Below are positions 39,635 to 53,283 of a stretch of 64,000 bases of DNA, one piece after another (position 1 is the stretch's first letter; the number at the start of each line of letters is the position of its first letter). Below the pieces are notes generated by a model. That model was given only the letters and a program-made list of their open reading frames with translations, was not told the origin of the DNA and made no database searches. The position numbers and the translations under genes are program-made. The DNA is from Catajapyx aquilonaris (lineage: Eukaryota), in contig KZ537967.1 in the NCBI GenBank assembly GCA_000934665.2, forward strand, positions 124,001 to 188,000, read 5' to 3'.

Positions 39635-41516
39635 CATTGAAGAAATGAACAATTAAATTAAAGGAATAGAATAAATAAAAATAAATTAACTGGCTGACTA
39701 ATATTCAGTGTACGGAATAATCCCTCATTTTAACAATATGGCTAAATATTATTAAGCTGCTTTTCAGTAATAATATTAGGTTATTCTTAGTGGTTGACAG
39801 TCACTGTTCCTTTCACGTATACGTTACCATACATAATTGAATATAGCATAGAAAAATTATACTTTAAGCCGAATTTCTGTATAGTAGTGTTGTACTGTTG
39901 TATACCATCGTGCGTACAGTGTACTACACGTATAGTGGCAAATTTTTTATTTACCTTGGCCAGCAACGTAATTATTTTGACTGGCATTTTAAAAAGGGAA
40001 CTGCAAAAATGTATGTGAGTAACAAGTGAAGCGGACCTGACAGAACATGCAGAGTCGGCTTCATGCCGGCAGTGGTCCATTCAATTTCAAAACCCTTTGC
40101 TCAACGTTATGTCTATTAAATCTGACATTATGCCGTTAAGCTCGCGGAATATATATAGCATTATCGCAAACTGCAGTAGGTCAGAGAGCAATTTGTGTGC
40201 CAGACCGCATTTCAAAAGAAATGGGGAAAAAAAGAGAAGTTTTTCTGCTCAACTAACTTGCAAGGGGCCTGAGTTACTTTGTAATAAGTTCCTATAAAAG
40301 TAGCTCTGAAGTAAAAGTTTTCAATACATACCAAGTTTTTCATGCAGCTCTATTAAAAAGCCGATTTTTTTGCAGTGATTTCTTAGTTCCGTTATGACCA
40401 GTATAGAGTAAGAAACGAACGATATGCAGAGATGTAATGAATTTTTTCCAACTTTTTGTCGTATTCGCGACATTATGACCACATGCACATTTTAGTGCAC
40501 CTGTGGATTAGGCCTAATTTATTTCAAAAATATTGAGTAAAATATCGATTAATTTATTTCAAAAATATGGAGCCGTAAATATCTTGATTCATTTGAAGCC
40601 TGATAAACCTCCATTGAAGGCCAAGTATTTGCCAACTTTTTATTCCACAACTTTCCATCAACCTTCCTGAATTAATGGGTCTTGATTTTATGAGCACACT
40701 TCCATTTCCGCCAAAAAAAATATTTCAGCAATACTAGGTGATCTTATCTCCTATTGAAGAAAAAAAAAAGTCCTCGAGAAGAGAGCTCCCTCTTTTCTAA
40801 ACTAAAACCCTCAGGACTTTGGGCCCAGATTTATTTCCACCTCTCCCAAGACATCATGTTTTCCCTGCGCCTCCTCCACATGGTAGTCAGACCGTACTTG
40901 GAAAGTGGTTTGCCTGGCACAAAGCACTGACGTTAATGGTCCTACAAATTGCTTCTCAGGCAGGGGGTTCCGAGGGAGTAAGAGAAGGAATAACGGGAAG
41001 CGAAAAAAAAAAATCTTCAGGATCCTGGATAACCGGAGCAATCGCACTTTTCCTCAACCACTCCATCTTACTTGCTAGTCAAATGTTTTCTGCTCTTGCC
41101 TAGGTTCTCTGGGAAACTTCTCATGCAATTGAATCAAATTGAAGAACCTCGGAGTCTTTGGCCAGTGCTTGGCCCTCCCCCCCCACCCAACTTTTGATCA
41201 TGTTCCGGAGTAATTTGGGCCTGGAAAACTTTCAGGGATCCGGGCCGGTCCTTCCCTCCGATCGACTTCAGAGGGAGGGAGGACCAAGTTTAATCATCCC
41301 GGTTTCCACCAAAAAACTACTCTTGTTGCAAACGGAAATTCGTCTCAGATCGGATTACAGTCCGCCTTATTGTTGGACGGACACTGCCTATTAAAAGCAC
41401 ACTGTGATTTAATTCCAGTGTACGTGACTGTGGTAGTTTGCTAATAATGCCAAAATTGCAAAAGTCACATTTAAAATAATTTCTAATATAATTTCTCATA
41501 ATTTTAATAAGATTGG

Positions 41517-41594
41517 AATATGTCACGGGGGCGAATACGCCGGGGCGAAATGGTCACCGGGGCCAATATACCGGGGGCGAAAAGTCCGGATCCC
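41517..41594. mobile_element. Terminal fragment, family B, second copy
   Basis: cacgggggcgaatacgccggggcgaaatggtcaccggggccaatataccgggggcgaaaagtccggatccc, in the same orientation as 23568-23646. Confidence 0.7.
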
Positions 41595-41633
41595 AAAATA
41601 TCTACGCCAATTCAAGTAACATCTTTTCTGTTG

Positions 41634-41725
41634 ATGAATTTGTTTACTCTCTTTGGTCATCATAATAGAGGAGCTGCGCGAGTGAAGGTGTGCACTCGGT
41701 TGCACTCGTAAAAGAAATTCATGTA
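41634..41725. mobile_element. Palindromic MITE family A, deleted copy (mostly the right end)
   Basis: cataatagaggagctgcgcgagtgaaggtgtgcactcggttgcactcgtaaaagaaattcatgta matches the right ends at 34907-34960 and 3425-3478. atgaatttgtttac resembles the left terminus. Confidence 0.65.
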
Positions 41726-44199
41726 AAGTCTCTACATTCACGCACTTGATGATTTCACGGAGGTGACAAACTCAAAGGAAAAGAGGTTGTGACACCAGTC
41801 CAGCCAAAGTGACCGGTCGTGTCCTACGTCCTCAAGTCCTTTCTTATCCATGCAACGTTGATTGAACGTGCTGGAATTCGGTCCTGTGTCTATTCCCCCT
41901 AGACGTGAAGGGCGAATGGGGCCTGTGATAAGGGCAAAAAGAGGGCGAGACCGCCCCCCTAGAGAAAGAACGAGGATTGAAAGGAAACGACCCAAGGCGC
42001 TTGCTCCGTTTTCAAAGAAAATGGACCAATTTCCATCACACTACAAGTTTTCGAAACGGATGCAAATTTGTCCATCATACCGTGAAGCTTTGGGGGACCA
42101 TGTTTCCTCCCATTTGAGTCGCACAATAGCGTTTCCTCTGCTGGGAATTTTTTTAAATAGTGTAAAAAAAAAGATACTAGCATTCGCCATTATCGTTTTA
42201 ATCCGGGTAGCCGATGATACACGCTCAGCGACAGGGATTGGAACTGGCTTTTTGCGGCTTTCATGGCCGCCAATTCCAATGGCCACAGTGACCAAACTTG
42301 GATAAATGCAAAGAGCCCGCCTCTGTCAACGTTGACAAACACGCCTGTCTAATTGACGTCGCCGCCATTTAAACACGACGCCATTTTTACTCCCCACAGT
42401 ACAGCTGTTCTTATCTCACGATAATAGCCTCTACCCGGGTTTAACGAACAAGAAGTAGCCTCTTCCTAGGTGTTAACGTGAAGGAAGTATAGCCTCAAGA
42501 GGTTCTCCAGGGGTAACTTGAGGATCGTCTGTTTGTTCTGCCAAACTTTTCGGCTATTGCATAGTCACAATAGTATCAGTTTGCGTTTCTGTGCAGGAGG
42601 ATATTGCACCTGGGACGCAGTGTTCGATCTTATAGTTTGCAGAGAGTTGCGCTGAATTTGGAATTCACGAATAATCCAACCGCAAATTGAACGGCGTGGA
42701 CTCGCAGCCACAAGTAGCGGAAATAGTTTCGTTATCGTGTCACTAGTAGCCGTTATTTATAACCGCTTTACAATCGCTGCTATTTATCATTCACAACATG
42801 TTGACCTAAACTATCATGGCGTCCAAATGAGCTTTTTACTCAACTTTCCGATACACTCGATGTAAAAAAAAAGGCTCCTTAATTAGTTCGAAAAGGATCG
42901 GTACACTTAGTTTGGGGCCACGCAGCACCATCTGGCGCATGCAAATTTGGAAGCCCCCCCCCCCCCCCCCANACGCAATCTATCCGATAGCACCCCTCTT
43001 TTTGCTATAGATAACTCTCCAAAAAGATGCAGCGTGCAGCCAGTGTCGAAGTAGCAAGCCTAAACTTCCACCTAATTACAGCAGCACGAAAGCAGCAAAT
43101 TGCTTTCCCGCACGGTTGTTCCTTAAAACATCATTAATCACCGCATGGACATTAACACCAGCATGTGCGCCTCGAGGGTTTTTTTTTTGGCATGGTTTCA
43201 GAGTGGACTTAATCCGATGGTAATGATTCGGACACCGAACATGTGTAGTTACCGCGTAATTGAGAAAAGGGGCCAGTTTTGGTTCGTTACCTCCACTGCA
43301 GGGGGGAAATAGTCAATCACTTTTACTGACAAGATGATTGCGCTACCAGTTTGCTGTGAAGGCAATTTTTTTTAAAAAATCAAGTGTCAAACTTTGTTAT
43401 GTGGAAGTAAACTGAGCACCATATCGATATACAATCAATCAATCAAAAAAAAATATCCATGTTTTACTATGTGAGACGTGCAAATCCTGCCAAGATCTTC
43501 CATGCAAGTCGGCTAACACCTGCAATAAGTCAAATGGGATTCAGAGACGGTGGATTTCCCCCCCCCCCCCCCCCNAAAAAAAGCTATGGGGGGGTCTCAG
43601 AACATCCTGTGATAAATACGGCCTGCTGAAAATGATTCCATCCCTTGGTCCAGACCTCACCAATTTCCTCACCGTCATCTGATATTCTTCCTGGAGCGTC
43701 GAATCCCTTCCCAGCAGCACCTTCTTTCCTTTTAAAAAAATTCCATCAAATGGATCTGATTCATCACCAGAGGGGAAGATGACACCCAGGTCTCCCCCAA
43801 ATTGCACAATTCCCCTCGTGTTGGATGTCACAGGGATCAGAAAAATAAGGTGCGGGCTAAACACACCCTGAGGATTACAGGATATACTTTTCAGACGCAG
43901 ATGAAATATACATCAATCTAACTGTTATGAAGCAAAGGTGTGATGATTCACGCCCGTAAATTATTATACAACTATAGTATAGGGCAATGCACATCACATG
44001 ATAATTCAATTATAATATTGAGGTGCACAACCGAAAACTCGATACGTCCATTTGGGTTCCATACACAGTGCAACCTCAGTGACCAAACAAACCAAACTGA
44101 ATATTCATTTGACTTCTAGGACACAACCTGTGACATCATTCGCCTATTAGGCTCTCACCTTTGCTATGTACTCAACATGTCCGATGTTTGTATTGTTAT

Positions 44200-44352
44200 A
44201 CTCTTTAAAAAAAATCGAGTGGTTTTTCCACTGGATATTTGGATTTGATTTGACTCCGACTCGTTTTGAGTGAATTTTTTTTGCTTAAATTGAGCGATCA
44301 TTTTTCAACTCAACTTGAGCGAAATTACCACTCATTCATGAATTTTCTGAGT
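44200..44352. mobile_element. Degenerate MITE with actc/gagt subrepeats
   Basis: actctttaaaaaaaatcgagtggtttttcc is a loose inverted match to gcgaaattaccactcattcatgaattttctgagt. Several ttgag/ctcaa motifs lie inside. Confidence 0.35.
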
Positions 44353-47300
44353 TCCCCCCCCCCCCNCCCCCCCCATTTTCGGTGCTAATTCTGAAAAACT
44401 AAAATGAACTTACACGTAAACAACGCATGCCCATTTGTCACTCAGAAAACTACAGCTTTTATTGAAAACGGCCCCTGGGAATATATATGGATCCCCGCCC
44501 ACGCCTCTCTCTCTGCAACGTTTTTCATTATCTCCATGGGCTGTACAATTTTCCCAGGCTATATTTTCACTCTCCGAGGCCTGCTCCAACGTCGAAAACG
44601 ACCTGTCACGAGATAAGGTTTCGGAATGTAAATTGCCACCTGAACATGATTCCTGCTGCGGCCAGTACTCAGTCTTACCCGACCTCAAAAATTAGACCCG
44701 TCTCCCTCCAAAAAAAAAAGTTCGACCCAGAGAGAAAAAGAAAAAGGGGGGGAGGTCTGGTCCTGGCTCCTTCGCTCTTGCAGAAAATTGTGTCCCACAC
44801 CATGAGACCCTCTCTGGGAAGACAAATGACAGCGGACTTTGGCTCAGGTGATGGGTGGAGCCGCGAAAATGAAGAGCGAGCCAAGAGAGCCTCTGAAATG
44901 AAACCGAGCCCAAAAATACCTTTGGACCCACGTGGCTGAGCCTACCAGACATAAATCTACTGAAGGCCTTGGCGTCTGACATGTCTTTTGCTAATGTCAT
45001 CTGGTACGACCCGGGTTCTCTCTTTTCCACTCCAATTTTCAGGGGGCAACCGAGCTTTTAGGAGGTACACGCCGGAAAAACTGGGGGGGTTTTTCCTCAG
45101 ACCAATCCAGCGTCAGAATATATTCAAAGATATAGTCTATATCTATAATTGCAAAAAATAATCATGAACATGGAATACTTGCCAACTGATGTAAATCACT
45201 AAACTGTGGGGGGTTGTTATCGTAAGTTCTTCGCTTTGTACACTCCTGGTACACTCTATAGAAGTCTTTATACGATTGGAGCTCCTCTTTTTTCCGAGAG
45301 CTTGCTACAGTGCCAGTAAACCATGGCGGTAAATTTTCCTTTCTTGCTGCTGCTACTACTACCCCATGCCTCTGATAAATTTTATACCTTTCAAGTTCTA
45401 ACCCGATAATGTTCCTTTTAAAGACTTGCCTGAAAAGGGAGGGCCAAAAAAGGATTAGCTGGAGGTGTCACTTTTGTTTTCAAAAAAAATTTTACATCGA
45501 TTTTTTTCCCCAACGTGAAATAACAATTTCCTCTTTACGTTTTTGGGTATCGCACAGTGATTTGAATGTTTAGTTTCCGACATGTGAATATCAACCGCTG
45601 CTTGTCATTGGTTCCCACATTTGCAATTACAAATGCACGTGATTTATGCGGCGCAGGGTTAAATATGATGCTTTTCGAGTTGTAAGTCTCCTGTCATACA
45701 TGATACATGCAACTGTGGTATCTAACAGCCTATAGTATTGATTCACTCGTGTTTTGTAACAATATGGAATTACCTTCAATAGACGTAATGTGCATGCATT
45801 ATTTAATGAAAGATTTGCCTCTCTGAATAATCATGCGTCATAAAATGTTCATGTCTGTACTGGCACTTTCCCCTGCTCAAACAAAAAAAACGAGTGCAGT
45901 ATGTACAGTATGTGTAAGGTCTGGTTTATATAAAAATCATACAAATAGCTTCCAGCCAGAATTTCTTTAACAGGTTAACTAATTCATTTTGCACATGAAG
46001 TGTGACCTTTTTTTGGCTGCAGCAATCATTGCGACCTGGTGCATACCCGTGTGTGTAAGCAATTGCTAAAATACCATGAACACGTTCCGCTCCCATCAGG
46101 CAAATCACTCCACAGTATATTAATCATATCATTCCCACATCACGTGTGTTTTTACGCACTAATGCACAGTAGAGCAAAGCCATTCAATCTCATCGCGTTC
46201 ATGTAAATACGATCAACATTATAGCAGCAATTATTTAAGTGCATTCGCCACAGCATGTCAAAGTTTAAAAATTATTGAAATTATAATTACTCGGTGTTGC
46301 GGAGACTTTTTGTGCAAATATACACAAGCCGAAAAATCGCAGCATCCGGACCTGCGTCTGCACCAAACCCTGGAGAAAATCAATGGGTGTCTTCTGGAGC
46401 TGGCTTATCGAGGGGGATTTCCTTCCAGTATTTTGTTTGTGCAGGCACAAATCTGGGCCAAAAATAATTTCCTATATCATAAAAAAATATTTGCGACAAT
46501 ATATGTCCAGCAGGTTTTGTTGACAAAACAATCCCTTTCCATTATACGATCACCTCATCATAAAAACCTTCCAATTATGACTAATGGATCGGGGGGCAAC
46601 TTTTCCGCGTGAAAATTTCCATCAAAATATTGAAATATTCCGCGCCGGGTTCATGATTTTCGCGAGGGATAAAACCGATTCTATCCCCATTTGTTTTCAA
46701 GTAATGATTGATATCAAATCTCACTGCTTGTGAAGAAAACCTCTGGGGAGTTTCGGAGCTTTTCGGGATTTGGAAAGTTTGCTACTGTTGCTGCTGTGGG
46801 GCATGAAACATTGATTAAATGAAAAGCCGCCCCTCAAATTACCTCAATGCACGAAATGTGCGCATTGCCGTATTATGTGCAAAAATTCGCAATTATGAGT
46901 TGCATGATCCATCAGCTAAAATATTAGTCTTATCATTTATGTATATAAAAAGGTACCCTTCCACTTTGATCATTCTTGCGTTTGAAGCAATTAATTACCA
47001 TTTTAAAATTATTATTAATTATTCAACTGTATATGAATCTGTACAGTACTAGTGTCGTATTAGCTTTTACACCCACATAAACCATGCAAATTTCACCTAC
47101 TAATAATGCATGCAGCGATATCAAGAATGGAAACAGTACTCAAGTTACTATCAGTGCCACCCTTTGCATTACTCATGACTTTCTATGTTCCTCTCAGGAT
47201 CCCCCCCCCCCTCCCACGAAAATTCATACCCGTAAAACAACTCGGCGCAATCTAGCCCCAAAGAGCATGCAGTGTCAGCTTAAAATCCGGACGAATTTTA

Positions 47301-47981
47301 CTACTCTGCAAGATGCGGAGCGAGTAAACGCATTAGCGGAACAAATTTAGACCTCATGGCGGACATTCCCTTGCTGTCACTTGCGACTAAAGTACTACGT
47401 TTCGTCGACTGCAATAATGCTCAAGGCGAGTTTAACATGCGTACGTGCGCGAAATAAATCCTTTTTTGGTTGGACGTGTGACGCCTCCAGGACGCTTCAT
47501 GTTCAGGTGTCGCACAAAGTCAAAATTTTGTTTAAAAAAAAACAGCGTAAATCAAAATCAGAGATGGAAATATACACAACATAATTTTTTCGGTTTGGTT
47601 TGCTCCAATTGGTACTGTAAGGAACCGGAAAGAGACCACGGAAAGAGAAGCAATTCTTCACTGATTTAAACAGCAGTCGGAAGACATCGCTACTGGCGAA
47701 CTGTGGAGGGGAAAAAAAACTTGGCAAAATCATTGCAATTAGCAAGTACCGTTCATTGCAGAGAGTAAATTCCGGGTCTGTACAAAGTCCAATCCGAATC
47801 CGGTCGGCCCAACTTTGATGGAGCACCTCTTCCTCACCTTGATAACAGTCACAGTAGAGACGTGAATGATCACTCCCTTGGCACACTGTTAGCTTTGCCA
47901 GCCAAAAAGTTAATCTCCAGCCGTACGAAGTGAACGAACTGTGAGACCCACAGGGTGTTGGGAAAAAATATATATATAATT

Positions 47982-48032
47982 TACAGGGTGGAACAATGGC
48001 TTTTTTTAAAAAATTGGTTGGACCACCCTGTA
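47982..48032. mobile_element. Miniature Tc1/mariner-type MITE (51 bp)
   Basis: TAcagggtggaacaa / ttggaccaccctgTA, with TA at both ends. Confidence 0.6.
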
Positions 48033-50788
48033 TATTCGACCTGAAAAAAAGGGTCGATGATTCACATACCTGTCGTAGGAATGATCATCGTGTTTTCTCC
48101 CTGTGGAAATAACCGGTGTGGAATGTAGAGCAAAAAGGGATACCGCATTTTTATGCCACGTATACATCACGCTGGCTCATATTGAAACTGCGCTATAAAA
48201 TGGAGAAGAATCCCCCCCCCCCCCCAAAAAAAAACAAAAAAACTGGAATAGAGCTCTCGTAGAGTTTAACAGAAGCAATCAATCCGTGCACTTAATTAGC
48301 TGTTGGGTGCAAGCGCAAAAAAAATTAACTGACGTTTTTCAGAAGCTTAAACCTGGGCTGAGGCTAATTCATTAATTTACTTTGCATTTTACTTCGCTTT
48401 ATTACTGCCTAAAGCGTAACTACTTCCTCATTGCATGTCAGATATAATAATTGGGGAGCTGAGTGCAAACAATTTCTGACTCAATTTATCAGGATTTTTC
48501 AAGAAAAAAAATATGGTTTTTATATTAGCTAATTAACCAGTACAAAACGGTGTCGATGTTTACGTTGAAACTAACACTTTTGGCAAAATTAGGCATGAAA
48601 ACTTCTGCGGCACACAATTAGTGGACTATGAAAATAATAATTCGAATGAATGGGTGTTCATTAATGCGTAAACTTTTCAAAATACATGCCAGTATTACGA
48701 ATATCATTGTTGTACCCACATACCTATCGTACAGTGTGCTACGAGGCAGAAACGGACACAATGCAAGTCATTGTCCGGAGCTTTAGTTTTACTGCACACA
48801 GGGTGAAACAAAAAGTCTCTCCCCCTACAATAACTAGATTTTCGTCACCCTAAATGGACTGCCACTTACTGAGGCGGCAGTAATTTCCTTTATGTAGAAG
48901 TAACTTTTGTTCCGCGCCGCTTTTAAAGTACCGGACTGTACACACCGCGAACAGTAAAAACTGTGTGGGACCCACTTTTACCATCCATAATGGTCTGCCC
49001 ATGGGGACCTCCAAAAAAAAAGGATTGATAACAAAAATAATAATGATTAAATGTTCTACACCGCAGATTGCTGGGGGGTGGTGCAGCTACATCAAAGGAC
49101 AGTAAATCCGAGGCCATTTAGTAATGCAATGCAATGCGTAACATGTATATAGGCATACACTGGATATCACACGGGTAATGAACAAGTGACATTAATCAAG
49201 CTCCGACAGTACGCTCCAAACCTCATTCATCATCTCTACCCGGATCCAAGGAACCGACACACTGCATTAAACCCACATCGTCATCCACAACCATATATTC
49301 CGTAGGTTTTGCTACACCCTGCACTTTTTTTCCGGTACAGGAAGAACCTAATTTGAGCCCCAAAAAAATATATATTGCGGATGTACAGCTCAATTGTTAA
49401 CATTTTAAAGGCTCAGATGCTTTACAATAATTGTAAATCAGAATGAAAGTACATCAACTCGTAAAAGAATGTTAGCGGATATGCAAAGCTATTCGAGGGA
49501 AAGACTTCACACTACTTTTTCCTCCCATGGCGACGACTTCTGGACGTTGATGCAAAAAGGATCCCCATTTCATGTTGAGTAATGGGCTTTGGGTGAGGCG
49601 GATGTGCATCAGACTCTCCGAATTTTGAGAGCCCCCGGTACATGGGCGATACGGTATCATGAAGTTTATTTAAAGCAACCTGCAGGCATCAATAATGCAG
49701 GCGAGACATTAATGTTGCATATGTTGATTAATAATTGCGTGAGTTTTCCTTATACCATCTGGGCTGTAAAAGTGTGCAAACACCTGCCTAAAACTCACCT
49801 GATATTCGCATCGATGATGAGGAAGGTAGCAGGCAATATTCAGATTCATATTGCACATACTGGGCTGTGATGTGTTAAGCCAAAAAAAATCATCAAAGAA
49901 TATGTAGTATTCCAGGCAACATAGTGATTGCATTACATAATAATTATAGGACCTAATTTTGAATGCGTAATTGCATTTTCCAATGAAGCTCTACAGAGTC
50001 GGATTGTACTTGAGCCCTTAATGTAACCTGGGACTGTATGCCATGACCTGCAGGGAATTTAAACCATGCCCAAAAACTGTGTTAAATATTACATATTCAG
50101 GTGTTACACTGTCCACTTTTCCAGCTTCCTGCTAATATTTAAGCACATTTTTCTATTTTCAGGATAGCACTTTTGTTTAATTATTACAGTTTTTTACTTC
50201 CAAGTGCTGTACAGCAGGTTTTCAAAAAATTCCGTATGTAATTCAGGAAAAAAAATTGCAACCTCCGCACTCAGATTGGAAATATTCATTGCATTAAAAA
50301 ACGATTCAGTGGATTTCCAGAGAGCGAATCTATCCCACTCCACATTCCCATCCGGTTGAGGAATGTCTCTTTTTTTTCTACCAATTCTCTCCATTCCTAT
50401 CCCCGGTTTTTTTATATAAAAAAATCCGGAGCCCCAGGACAAGCAATCCTACCCTGCAGCCTTTAGTTGAGAACGTGCTAGCTGCATAATCCAAGGGCCG
50501 AGGGTTGGTCATTAGTCGACCTCGGGTGTTCCATCTCGACCCATGGCCAACAGTCTTTATACTCTACATCCCAGCAGCCAGGGCAGACCCAAAGTTTAAT
50601 GTTCCGAACCAGGCTGGAACCAATTGGGGGGTACCTTGGGGGGGCCAAAAAGAGAGAGAGAGACCGGATCTCCAGCGGAATGCAAATGGGATTATTTCCA
50701 CCGGAAAAACGACGGCAAGATTCTTTACCACTTACATAATTAGAGAGCATTTCATCTACCAGGAAAATGTATTCATGCTCCATGGGTG

Positions 50789-50959
50789 CACTGTAAAAAA
50801 ATTCGGGTAGTTTGCAGAAAATTGCAGGAATTCTGGACACACTAATAATTTACGAAAATTATTACGCAAATTATCATAAATAAACTTACAAGTGATTCGC
50901 AGCATTTTGTAGGATACCACAGGCAATTTCATTATAAAATATTTTTTTTACAAACAGTA
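50789..50959. mobile_element. Possible CACTA/EnSpm-type MITE relic
   Basis: Starts cactgtaaaaaaa and ends in a degenerate tttttttacaaacagta. The interior is AT-rich. Confidence 0.3.
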
Positions 50960-53068
50960 AAAACAAGCTGCCAAAGTTTTAACCACTTAAATAATTAGAG
51001 CACGTTTCATCCTCCTGGCAATGTATTCCCGACGGGTTGGTAGCTGTTTTTTAAAAAAAAAACGAACTCTCGATAAAAAGTGAAGGTAATAAAGATTCCT
51101 GCAGCTTCAAACGCGGTTTCAGAACTTGTGGCGTATTTCAACACCGGGGGACTAAACAAGGGTTTGTAATGGCGCGCATAAAAACCCTCTTCAATTAAGG
51201 TGGAGCGTTTGAAATTCCGGGAGCCCCCTGGCTATAATACAGGGTGATTCAGTGATCTCATCCACTACCGCGTTCAGCATTAATTTCAAACAATTTTAGT
51301 CAAGTTGCACCTAATTGCGATAGAATGTGAACCCATATTGTAACCATTTTCCAGCAAAAAATTACTGCAGTGTATCTCTGCAAACCTATACAAAATAAAT
51401 TGTCATCCAGTTCATGCAATGGTATATAAATTCCTCTCTGCGACCTGCCGCATTCTCCGAGTCAATAGTCCATAGTGTAAGAGAAGCCCCGGAGTGTAAT
51501 CCGCCATATTATTTCCACTCACGTTGCTTCAGCCATTCGCAATCTGAAATTGCCTCCCTAACCTAGGCACCCCAAGGGTAGCAAGGACGGTGCAATAAAA
51601 TGACCGCCCTTATTCACTAAACCTTTAGCCAAGATAGTAAAACCCTTCACTATATCTTATATGGTGATTGTTATCTCTGAGGCGAAAATTTGTTTGGAAC
51701 CACCCTCACCGTGTGTCATCAAAAAGCGATTGATTGGAGCCCACACCAAATCAACTGGATGGTACCAATCAGGAAATGACGTGCGTGTTTATTCCTCGAT
51801 AGTTGTCCTTCAATTGCAGATGTGCACCGCCTCCCAATATAGCAAACGGGGGAGAGGCTCGACTCTGGAATTGCCATTTCCTAATTAGTTGCAGCCAGTC
51901 CGGGGCTTCATTTCCTGGCTAAATTAAAACCCGTTGCCTGACTACAGCCCTTGCATTTTTCAAATTAGCCTTGCTGCATCCCCCTCCTCTCTCCAACAAA
52001 ACCGGGGTTCCTTTGCCCCAAAATCTCTTTATCTCACCCCGGCTTCCTTCTCCCAGAGGCTGCTAATCTCTTTCAAGACCACTCAAACCGAGGATGGGTC
52101 GCAACAAATGATGCTAAGCTGAATCAATCTGTGGTTATGGCACTTTCAGGAATTAAACAAGGCTACGAAACCATTTGTTTATACTTTTTGGGAATTAAAT
52201 TGGCGCCAATATTTTTTTAAAAAAGAAATTATGTGAGTGGGTCGTTATCAAAACCAGGTTGTCTTATGGTGTCTCAACAGGCAACAACTCAACGCTCAAT
52301 ATATATGGCATATTTTCAAAATTGGTTCCCATAGGGAAAGGTCACGTGAGCCGTGAAAATATTCACCAATCAGCTCATCATGGAATTTTAAATGGGTGTA
52401 TAGAATATTTCCAATATTTCTTCTTGATTTATGCTAGGATTAATGTCAATTAATAATTTCAACAGGATATCATTCACTGCTAGTCAATCGTGATATCACA
52501 ACAATATCGTCCATGATGGTGAGGAGGCGGATATCGCCCCACATGCACTGCCCTTCCCCCCCTCTTTTTAAATTAATAAACCCCGACCAATATTGGCATA
52601 ATCGACAGGCGTTACGGTAACGTGACTCTTTATAAAAGCAGGAAACTTCATTCTTCATGTATCACCCGATAAGCTAAAATCGCATTTTCATGGAAGCCGT
52701 CAATCTTTGGGGAGGTTAAAAAAAAAAAAGTATGGCCCGTGTGATCCCTCCCTCCCTCTTTGTAAGGATCCCTTTTCATTGGAATTGTTATCGAGGCGAC
52801 TCCCACCTCATCAGGATTTACTGCCAGGGCAACATTCGATCAAAAGCAATCAATGCTATCAAAACTGGGCAGGAAAAGATAAATTCCAAGCCCGAATATA
52901 ACGAGCAAGCTGCTTTTCTAGGAAAAGCCCAGCCCCCCCTTTCTATTGGCCAAACATGAAAAGTCGCCTGCGACCAATATTTCCTCTCTTTTAAAAAAAT
53001 ATCCATACTGTACATTTTTATACAATTACATAATAATTTCTAACCAACTTTTTCTGATTTTTTTTCAG

Positions 53069-53283
53069 GTGTGTGAACGGAGACTTTGTGAAGCTGTTCT
53101 TGCACCTGGAGAACCCAAAGTTGAACGAGTACACTCCTTGGAACATTGTACTGTGCGGTGGACTGGAGAACATTCCGCATGTTCACTTCAGCTCCGGACG
53201 TGCCCTCATTTTCGAGTTCCACTCCGATCACCTCAACGCCAACAACACTGGATTCATGGGAACCTTTCGATACTTGGACAAAA
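53069..53283 (+). CDS. sol-1: Internal coding exon (phase 2 in, phase 1 out), C-terminal half of the same CUB domain
   Basis: Acceptor tttttttcAG ends at 53068, with branch-like ttctaac at 53038-53044. Donor GTaagc starts at 53284. GA|G from the upstream exon completes a Glu codon, then CVNGDFVKLFLHLENPKLNEYTPWNIVLCGGLENIPHVHFSSGRALIFEFHSDHLNANNTGFMGTFRYLDK. This has the CUB C-terminal signature C..D.V......LCG......SS...L..EFHSD....GF...F. Confidence 0.9.

Larger units (their letters stand above)
29411..53068 (+). other. GT-AG phase-2 intron (23,658 bp) inside the CUB domain
   Basis: Joining 29410 to 53069 keeps the frame and gives a contiguous CUB domain (…QKSSME|CVNGD…) with no segment obviously missing. 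Confidence 0.8.

Noticed and set aside
40515..40583. ~35-bp local tandem duplication (taatttatttcaaaaatat.gag)
   Set aside because: It is real but looks like an ordinary slippage duplication in AT-rich DNA.
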